From assembly GCA_016183535.1 (NCBI GenBank), contig JACPEK010000003.1, positions 327 to 64,326 of the forward strand: a stretch of 64,000 nt of DNA, in the 5' to 3' direction. The notes under the pieces are model-generated. The model saw only the letters and a list, made by a program, of their open reading frames with translations. It was not told the DNA's origin and made no database searches. The position numbers were made by a program, and so were the translations under genes. Of this stretch, positions 58,030-64,000 are shown piece by piece; position 1 is the first letter of the stretch; each line of letters opens with the position of its first letter. Origin of the DNA: Candidatus Brennerbacteria bacterium. GTDB lineage: Bacteria > Patescibacteriota > Minisyncoccia > UBA6257 > GWB1-50-10.

Positions 58030-58326
58030 ATGGGGACGATGGAGAGAGAACGTGGCGAGTTTCTTCCGGCGATCGAAGAAAAACCGCCGGAAGAGGAAGC
58101 AAAAGATAAAAAAGAAGGTTTGGAAATCGACGCCGAGGGAACGATACGGACAACGGAACGATATCCGCTGAACGGAACGCTCCAGAACATCGTGCGCGGT
58201 TATTTCGAAACGCGCGGGTTTTCGATCGTCGAAATTTCTGACACGCACGTGAAAGTCGTAGCCCCCGACGGCAAGAGGATGGCGATCCCGAACAAAACCG
58301 CGGTCGAAACGGCGACCGCCCGCTAG
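58030..58326 (+). CDS. Small acidic hypothetical protein
   Basis: 98-aa ORF, no recognised family. Confidence 0.35.
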   Translation: MGTMERERGEFLPAIEEKPPEEEAKDKKEGLEIDAEGTIRTTERYPLNGTLQNIVRGYFETRGFSIVEISDTHVKVVAPDGKRMAIPNKTAVETATAR

Positions 58327-58380
58327 CGGACGGTGGTACGCGCGCGCTTATTTTTTTCCGTCCGTGCGGGGCGTGTGTGT

Positions 58381-59022
58381 TTATCGCAACACCACGCTTT
58401 GCGCCATGCGATCCACCACGCCGTCAAGATCAAACGATGACCGTTCATTCTCGCAGGCGGTGCGCTGCGGTTCGTCATAATGGTCGCATCTCACAGCCTG
58501 CAGACTAAACGTGAAGATGACCAACTTGTCGTTTTTCTCCGTGGCGTATACATATTGCGTGATAACGCTTCCTAGTCCCATATTGCTTTCCATCGTCACG
58601 CAATACGTGCGATCGTCCACCATCCGTTGTACCGTCCGGCCGGCCTGCGAATATTCGTCTCCAGTCGGTGTACAGATGAACGACTGAACAAGCGCGGCGG
58701 CTTTCGGTGGCCAGTCGATCGGAACGGTATATTGAGTTGTTAACGTTGTCGGATACGAGAAGGTGATGCCTTGTTTGTCGTCCGTGAATGATTTCCAAGC
58801 CGCATCGGCATTTTCACCTAAACAAGCAGTAAATTCACATTGAGGTCCGGAACGACCAACATACGAACCATCCGGACACTGTTTAACTTCCTGTGTGCAA
58901 AAAACCGGCGCGGGCGCCAAAACGGGATTTGAGCGGGCGGTGTAAAAAATCCCGCCGGCCAATATTGCGGCGAGCGCGATAAGAAAAATTTCCTTGTTTT
59001 TTGACCGGTCTTCCGAAGTCAT
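58381..59022 (-). CDS. Hypothetical membrane-anchored Cys-rich protein
   Basis: 213 aa; N-terminal TM; 8 Cys in the periplasmic part. Confidence 0.4.
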   Translation of the reverse strand: MTSEDRSKNKEIFLIALAAILAGGIFYTARSNPVLAPAPVFCTQEVKQCPDGSYVGRSGPQCEFTACLGENADAAWKSFTDDKQGITFSYPTTLTTQYTVPIDWPPKAAALVQSFICTPTGDEYSQAGRTVQRMVDDRTYCVTMESNMGLGSVITQYVYATEKNDKLVIFTFSLQAVRCDHYDEPQRTACENERSSFDLDGVVDRMAQSVVLR

Positions 59023-59069
59023 ACCTACGTCTATTATACGTCATTACACACAACCCTATGTCTCCTCGC

Positions 59070-59295
59070 GGAAAACTGCGCCGTCTTTCAATTTCACGAT
59101 GCGCTTGCTGAACCGCGCGAACTCCGCTTCGTGCGTCACCATCACAACGGTCTATCCGTGGCGGTTCAGCTCCGCAAATATTTCCATAATCTCAAGAGAA
59201 CGCTCCGAATCGAGACTCGCGGTTGGCTCGTCGGCGAAAATGATTTTCGGATTATGGACGATGGCGCGAGCAATTGAGACCCGTTGACCTGACCC
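59070..59295 (-). pseudogene. Relic of an ABC transporter ATP-binding protein (C-terminal about 75 codons with an in-frame TAG)
   Basis: Minus-strand frame reads QRVSIARAIVHNPKIIFADEPTASLDSERSLEIMEIFAELNRHG*TVVMVTHEAEFARFSKRIVKLKDGAVFREET; the 5' part is absent (abrupt switch to AT-rich DNA at about 59296). Confidence 0.6.
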
Positions 59296-59402
59296 CTATA
59301 TATTGAACACAAAGGTTGAAGTGAACATACCCTTGTGTCATAAAGAAAACATACAAAAGCCCATCGATTGATGGGCTTTAAGGTATGAAATCAGACATAC
59401 GA

Positions 59403-59954
59403 TCAAAAGAGCATAAGAACCAAGTAAAGAACGGCGCCTGCATATACGGCCGCGACAAGATCGTCGAGCATCACACCGAACACGTTCTTCATATTATCGA
59501 AGAACCTCGCGGGCGGAACCTTGACGATATCGAAAAGGCGAAACAAGGCAAAAGCGAGCCCTAAATTGAGCCAATGTGGGCGAACGCCCATAAGGATCAA
59601 TGGGTAGCACGTGACCAACATACCGAACATTTCATCTATCACGATCTGATTCTGGTCTCGAACCTTCGTTTTCCCTCGCCAGTCTGTTCTCGGGCCTAAA
59701 GCGAACTCAGCTCTCGGCACGCTCCAAAGACCGAGGAGAAAAATGGTTCCGACAGTAAGGTAGTACGGAACTACTACTCCTTGCGAAGCAACCACCAACA
59801 ACACATAACACAGCGGCACGCTGAACAGACTTCCGTAAGTCCCTGCCATACCGGTAAGAACTACTGGAGGTATGAGACCTGAATAAAACCAGGTCCCTAA
59901 TAGCACTGCGAGTCTATTTTTCATAGACAGCTCCTTAAAAGTTGAAGAAAGCAA
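59403..59954 (-). CDS. pgpA: Phosphatidylglycerophosphatase A (PgpA)
   Basis: WFYSGLIPPVVLTGMAGTYGSLFSVPL matches the PgpA GSG...PGT.GSL motif region; hairpin terminator at 59355-59379. Confidence 0.7.
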   Translation of the reverse strand: MLSSTFKELSMKNRLAVLLGTWFYSGLIPPVVLTGMAGTYGSLFSVPLCYVLLVVASQGVVVPYYLTVGTIFLLGLWSVPRAEFALGPRTDWRGKTKVRDQNQIVIDEMFGMLVTCYPLILMGVRPHWLNLGLAFALFRLFDIVKVPPARFFDNMKNVFGVMLDDLVAAVYAGAVLYLVLMLF

Positions 59955-60099
59955 CTAAAACGAAGGTACCACTTCACGATCCTGGTGTCTATAACGGAAG
60001 AGACGGATCCCGTAACCTATCTACGCCTTGGATTTGCTATCCCCCTCCCATTTGCTACCCTTATCTAAAGGTCACCACAATACATTTATCGATAAACAC

Positions 60100-60357
60100 A
60101 TGGCAGGAAAAGCGAATTCCGCGTTCATGAAGCCGATGCAGGTAGATGAAGTGCTTGCGGCAGTGGTCGGTGAGGGCCCGATGCCTCGCTCCGAGGTGGT
60201 AAAGAAGCTCTGGGAGTACATCAAGAAGCACAACCTCCAGGACCCCTCGAACAAGCGGAACATCAACGCCGACGCGAAGCTGAAGGAGGTGTTCGGCGGG
60301 AAGGCAACGGTCAACATGTTCGAGATGACCAAGTTGGTCTCGAACCACCTTTCCTAG
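60100..60357 (+). CDS. SWIB/MDM2 domain protein
   Basis: LAAVVGEGPMPRSEVVKKLWEYIKKHNLQDPSNKRNINADAKLKEVFGGKATVNMFEMTKLVSNHL is a near-consensus SWIB domain; start at MAGKANS (ATG at 60100). Confidence 0.8.
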   Translation: MAGKANSAFMKPMQVDEVLAAVVGEGPMPRSEVVKKLWEYIKKHNLQDPSNKRNINADAKLKEVFGGKATVNMFEMTKLVSNHLS

Positions 60358-60365
60358 CGAACAAC

Positions 60366-60398
60366 GTCTGGAAACAAAAACAGTCGCCTGAGGCGACT
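60366..60398. terminator. Bidirectional rho-independent terminator (aacagtcgcc-tgag-ggcgactgtt flanked by A/T runs)
   Basis: Perfect 10-bp stem, with AAAAA upstream and TTTTTTG downstream. Confidence 0.8.
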
Positions 60399-60411
60399 GT
60401 TTTTTGTTCGG

Positions 60412-60678
60412 TCACTTGTCTTTCTTCGGCGGCCCCCAATTCCAGTACGGTTTTTCTCCCTTCCAGTAACCGAAAGTGAATATAAGCGCGATCATGAGGA
60501 GAAAGCCCAAGAGTGCCGCGCCGGGAGCGTCATCGGTGTCTCCAATGTAAATACCAGCGATAAGAATGGTGATGCCGATGGCCACCACAAGCCAGCCCTG
60601 CCACCTCACCGGCACCCACCCCTGCCTGCCGGCAGGCAGGCCCAGCCCGTACCACCGCGCCTTAAACCAAAACCCCAA
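60412..60678 (-). CDS. Small membrane protein (2 TM)
   Basis: 88 aa; contains the 20-bp palindrome CCTGCCTGCCGGCAGGCAGG. Confidence 0.4.
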   Translation of the reverse strand: MGFWFKARWYGLGLPAGRQGWVPVRWQGWLVVAIGITILIAGIYIGDTDDAPGAALLGFLLMIALIFTFGYWKGEKPYWNWGPPKKDK

Positions 60679-60815
60679 CTTCGAGTTCAGTATGGGCGGG
60701 AGGCGACGCTCAAGAAAGCGGGGTGAACGTCTTTGTAGAATGGCCCATTCATAACTTAATTTTATAAAACGAAACCCCCTTGATTGAAGGGGGTTCGCCT
60801 GCGGTTGGCTCGGAA

Positions 60816-61640
60816 CTATATGGCATTCGTTCCCTTTCTCATTTTCCTTACCGCGAACAGAGCCGCCACAATAACGACCACGACGGCAGCGATGGTTCCT
60901 GCGGTCGTGAAAGACCCCGCTCCGCTCTGTTTCCCCAACACCTTGGCCAATATTGCCTTGTCGACGAGTCCCTGCACCGCCTGTTTCACCTTGAGCGGCT
61001 GGCCATTCGAAAGGCGCACGTTCGGCATATCGAGGATGAGACCATACGACGTCGTGTACTCACCGGTGAGCAGATCGATTTCACCGACGACGGGATCTTC
61101 CGGATCTATGGTGATCGTAATGGGACCCGTTTCGGCCTGTCCGTTCAAAATATCGAAAGACGGCAGCTTGATAGTCGACTGCGTAGCCGTGAAAGTGGCC
61201 TTGCGGGGAGCGTCCCAATCGTCGACCTTCAGGTCGGAGGTAAACTGTATGTCTTCGGGAAGCGTGACGCTTTGCACGCCGAACGCTTCACGCGCCGGAG
61301 ACAAGAAGGTCAAGCCGACCGTATTTGTCCGAGGATCTATCGCGCCGGTCGTCTGCAGAACGCCCGTGGACGGGATCTTCTTCACATCCACTTTTATGGT
61401 GCCCTTTTCATCGTTTTTAACGCTGTAAGAAACGGCGGCGCCGGCCTCGACGTGAAGTCTATAGATGGTCCCGTCTTTCTTGGTGATCTCGATATCCGCC
61501 GGTCCGGTGACGGTGATGCTCTCTTCGCTCTTGCTTTCAATCCCACCCACTACGGAGACGTTGGTACTTTGCGCAAACACGCCCTGGGCGGGGAATAAAA
61601 GCGCCGCGCAGAGGACAAAAACCATAAAACGAATTTTCAT
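60816..61640 (-). CDS. Secreted protein with C-terminal hydrophobic anchor plus basic tail
   Basis: Signal peptide MKIRFMVFVLCAALLFPAQGVFA; C-terminus TIAAVVVVIVAALFAVRKMRKGTNAI. Confidence 0.55.
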   Translation of the reverse strand: MKIRFMVFVLCAALLFPAQGVFAQSTNVSVVGGIESKSEESITVTGPADIEITKKDGTIYRLHVEAGAAVSYSVKNDEKGTIKVDVKKIPSTGVLQTTGAIDPRTNTVGLTFLSPAREAFGVQSVTLPEDIQFTSDLKVDDWDAPRKATFTATQSTIKLPSFDILNGQAETGPITITIDPEDPVVGEIDLLTGEYTTSYGLILDMPNVRLSNGQPLKVKQAVQGLVDKAILAKVLGKQSGAGSFTTAGTIAAVVVVIVAALFAVRKMRKGTNAI

Positions 61641-61840
61641 CGTATTATCATTTACTCTTTAACGTTCGACCTTTTATGCTCTCAACACTACTTTTGAAAG
61701 GTTTCCCATTCCCCGAGTCCGCGCATGACGCTGGAGTTCCTATTTATCTTCATCTTTTTCATTATATCATCCGCTTGCTCCCGAATTAAAACCTTCGCAA
61801 ACTTTTGAAATCATTTTGCCAAATCTGATACACAAATCCA

Positions 61841-61985
61841 AAAAGCGAAACCTGAAATGATGCGCCCCGCCACAATTTTTCTGGGGCAAAGGAGGCGGGG
61901 CGACGGTCTCGCCCGCGCGGAGGAGGGGTCTGGGGAGGAATCCGCGCGGGCTTCGGCTTTCTTTTTTGAAAAAATCGGCGGCTAC
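61841..61985 (+). repeat. Left copy of an about 145-bp inverted repeat bracketing the terminal low-GC cassette
   Basis: About 95% identical to the reverse complement of 63854-64000 (aaaagcgaaacctgaaatgatgcgccccgccacaatttttctggggcaaaggaggcggggcgacgg...); GC-rich with internal hairpins. Confidence 0.8.
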
Positions 61986-62551
61986 TGTGAAAGAATTGCT
62001 TCTAGGATAACTGGCAATTCTTTTACCTCATCACCTCCACTAAAGTGTCCTTTAGCGTGTTCCACTACAGTTTTCGCGCCAAGCCGTTCCTCAAAAAGTT
62101 TTTTGTTTTCCTGTGGTACAACATCGTCATTGTCAGAGAAAACCGCAAAAAACTTTTTGGCATGTTGCTTCACTTTGGCAAAATCAATCGGCGTTTCCAA
62201 CCACGGCTTGGCGATTTCTTTTTCTTCATCGGTTTTCAAGTTCATCAAAGTGAACCAGCCAGCCACAAAAGTCGCACCTCCAACTTTTTTGTCGGCGGGC
62301 AGACTTTCCAAATATCGAAGAATGGTTTGGCAACCGATACTATGCCCGACAAAATAAGTATTCTCATCAACTTCGCCGACAATTTTGGAAAGGTGCGAAA
62401 CCCATGCTTCAATTTTCGGCTCCGCCGATTCCGGCATAGCCGGAACATGAACTTGAAAACCTTTTTTCCCTAACTCGGTTTTGAGCCACGGAAACCAACC
62501 CTCATCGGGGTAGCCGTCCCAGCCGTGGATTATGAAAGCTCGTTTAGTCAT
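61982..62551 (-). CDS. Alpha/beta hydrolase, YdeN/RBBP9-like serine hydrolase
   Basis: 189 aa; FIIHGWDGYPDEGWFPWL and nucleophile motif VGHSIGC; low-GC. Confidence 0.65.
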   Translation of the reverse strand: MTKRAFIIHGWDGYPDEGWFPWLKTELGKKGFQVHVPAMPESAEPKIEAWVSHLSKIVGEVDENTYFVGHSIGCQTILRYLESLPADKKVGGATFVAGWFTLMNLKTDEEKEIAKPWLETPIDFAKVKQHAKKFFAVFSDNDDVVPQENKKLFEERLGAKTVVEHAKGHFSGGDEVKELPVILEAILSQ

Positions 62552-63009
62552 ATTTTTGAAAAATTACCATTTAGCATTATTGGCTTCATCCCCATAATTT
62601 CTTGCTTATAAGAAAGTTCAGAAGAAACGGAATTCAAAATATAAATCTTTTTCTTAAGATAAAATGCAACACCAATTTCAATCAAGGTATTTCCACCGAT
62701 ATATCCATCAATTCCTCTTTTTTCGTGATTGATAACTAAAATCCCGTCGCACCAATCAATCTTTTCATAATGATCATTGATTGCCCCCTCTTTCATATCC
62801 CAAATCTTGTGCTCTGCGGGGAAAGCGTCTATACCACCATTTTGTTCAATGTACTGACCAAAATAAACTTTTTTACCACCACCAAATTCTTGAGGCACCT
62901 CTAGGGCAAGTTCTGGTATTTTTACTTCATGCCCGTGTTTGACCAGTTCATCTCTGGCTGATTCCATTTCTTTATAAAACCCGATACTCCCGCAAATTGT
63001 TATTTTCAT
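62548..63009 (-). CDS. Rossmann-fold nucleoside 2-deoxyribosyltransferase-like protein (tentative)
   Basis: 153 aa; MKITICGSIGFY N-terminus and GGNTLIEIGVAF resemble the NDT/LOG-like fold; assignment tentative. Confidence 0.3.
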   Translation of the reverse strand: MKITICGSIGFYKEMESARDELVKHGHEVKIPELALEVPQEFGGGKKVYFGQYIEQNGGIDAFPAEHKIWDMKEGAINDHYEKIDWCDGILVINHEKRGIDGYIGGNTLIEIGVAFYLKKKIYILNSVSSELSYKQEIMGMKPIMLNGNFSKI

Positions 63010-63015
63010 ATAAAT

Positions 63016-63550
63016 TTAGTAATGCTCTGGATTAAGAAGGTGTATCAGGGCAGTTATGACTGCTTGCTTACTATAGCCCTTTCTATCTAGCCGTCCTTTC
63101 GTGAGAGCACCTATCATTCCTTCTCTTTCACCAATATTTTCATCGTGAGAAAACCCGGCTTCTTTCGCGGCTTCATCAATCTCATAATCTTTACTGAAAA
63201 CTAAATCAATCATTGCCTTCGGATACTCAAAAGCCGATGACCCTCCAAGGTGAAAATTTTTGCCGTCATAAATGGCACACATAGTAATATTCATATATCC
63301 ACTTTTTGTGTTTGGAACTTCTATAAGCCCACTCTCTAAATCCAAAAGAAAGGTCGCAGTCCTTGAAAGCATTTTTTGCTCTATTCATCGCACCTTGCAC
63401 AGTTTGCTCCATGCTTTTTGGCTGTTTATGTACTCCTGAATCAACTGCCATAGCAATAACTTCTGCCGAAGAAAATTCTGGAAAATCCGAAAGGGCTTCC
63501 TCTACTGCCTGTACCTTAGTTATATTTTTTGATCCAACATTTACTTTCAT
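63016..63550 (-). pseudogene. YjjX-family inosine/xanthosine triphosphatase gene split by a frameshift
   Basis: N-terminal ORF 63266..63550 (MKVNVGSKNITKVQAVEEALSDFPEFSSAEVIAMAVDSGVHKQPKSMEQTVQGAMNRAKNAF) and C-terminal ORF 63016..63372 (..EGMIGALTKGRLDRKGYSKQAVITALIHLLN) align to consecutive parts of YjjX-type NTPases but lie in different frames. Confidence 0.6.
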
Positions 63551-63557
63551 AAAAATT

Positions 63558-63776
63558 TTATTTAATCAAATCATCAATACTTATTCCTAATCCCTCGGCA
63601 ATCTTGGTTACGGTTTGGATTGACGGCTTCGTTATAACATTTGACTCAATCTTGGTAAGTGTTGTATAGGGAATATCGCATTTGCGAGCGAGTGCATCTT
63701 GTGTCAGCCCTTGCTTCATTCGCAATGCCTTTATTTTATCCCCTATTTCTTTTTCTTTACTTTGCTTGTTTTCCAT
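63558..63776 (-). CDS. XRE-family helix-turn-helix transcriptional regulator
   Basis: 72 aa; IKALRMKQGLTQDALARKCDIPYTTLTKIESN Cro/C1-type HTH. Confidence 0.8.
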   Translation of the reverse strand: MENKQSKEKEIGDKIKALRMKQGLTQDALARKCDIPYTTLTKIESNVITKPSIQTVTKIAEGLGISIDDLIK

Positions 63777-63853
63777 AGTATGATAGTATAAGTATGAGCG
63801 TTGAAACTAACCCTCACAACTATACTAACATGAATTTAATCTTTTCTCAATTT

Positions 63854-64000
63854 GTAGCCGCCGATTTTTTCAAAAAAGAAAGTCAAAGCCCGCGCGGATT
63901 CCTCCCCAGACCCCTCCTCCGCGCAGGCGAGTCCGTCGCCCCGCCTCCTTTGCCCCAGAAAAATTGTGGCGGGGCGCATCATTTCAGATTTCGCTTTTTG
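63854..64000 (-). repeat. Right (inverted) copy of the about 145-bp repeat; may extend beyond the window
   Basis: Reverse complement matches 61841-61985. Confidence 0.8.

Noticed and set aside
61857-62357. 166-aa plus-strand ORF starting inside the left inverted repeat
   Set aside because: It overlaps the well-supported hydrolase gene on the opposite strand. Its N-terminus is just the translated GC-rich repeat.

Overview
This is a gene-dense bacterial chromosomal segment of about 64 kb. Most of it is high-GC (roughly 60%), interrupted by several clearly lower-GC islands (roughly 35-48%) that look horizontally acquired.

The first 15 kb is one long minus-strand supercluster. It holds a complete type IV pilus locus (pilM-pilN-pilO, a small membrane ORF, pilB, pilT, pilC, two tandem pilin paralogs, prepilin peptidase pilD, and four pseudopilin/minor-pilin genes). 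This runs directly into ligA-gatC-gatA, with gatA truncated at the window edge. Diverging from pilM is comFC, followed by a lower-GC gene pair (a coiled-coil HExxH protein plus a small partner).

Next come secreted surface proteins: a 911-aa protein with FN3 and InlB-B-repeat modules, and cargo proteins carrying the T9SS-type C-terminal sorting domain (Por_Secre_tail-like), namely a BNR/Asp-box propeller and FN3 proteins.

Positions about 21.2-32.3 kb form a mosaic. At least five full or truncated T9SS CTD modules and three near-identical copies of one terminator hairpin bracket foreign low-GC inserts. The inserts are an operon of nucleotide-metabolism-like enzymes (P-loop kinase, NDK-like, MazG-like, two Pol-beta-type nucleotidyltransferases, Nudix) with GT4 and GT9 glycosyltransferases; a radical-SAM/SPASM maturase followed immediately by a 33-aa Cys-containing precursor-like peptide (RiPP-like); two RelE/ParE-type toxin-antitoxin pairs; a DUF397 protein; and an alpha/beta hydrolase.

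Downstream are gap, a DUF192 protein, a lamin-tail-domain protein, uvrA, two more FN3 surface proteins, uvrB, a tRNA-binding CsaA-like protein, DoxX, a MacA/MacB-like efflux system, and a CsoR-DUF2892-CopB copper operon whose upstream palindrome (ATACCCCTACGGGGTAT) resembles a CsoR-type operator. The segment ends with class II ribonucleotide reductase nrdJ, a DM13 protein, pgpA, a SWIB-domain protein, and a low-GC four-gene cassette bracketed by about 150-bp inverted repeats.

No rRNA, tRNA or CRISPR array was found. Two small GC-rich palindromes recur as in-frame insertions in unrelated genes, and two simple-sequence tracts (a heptanucleotide x4 repeat in a pseudopilin leader and a G9 run in a T9SS cargo gene) look like phase-variation switches.
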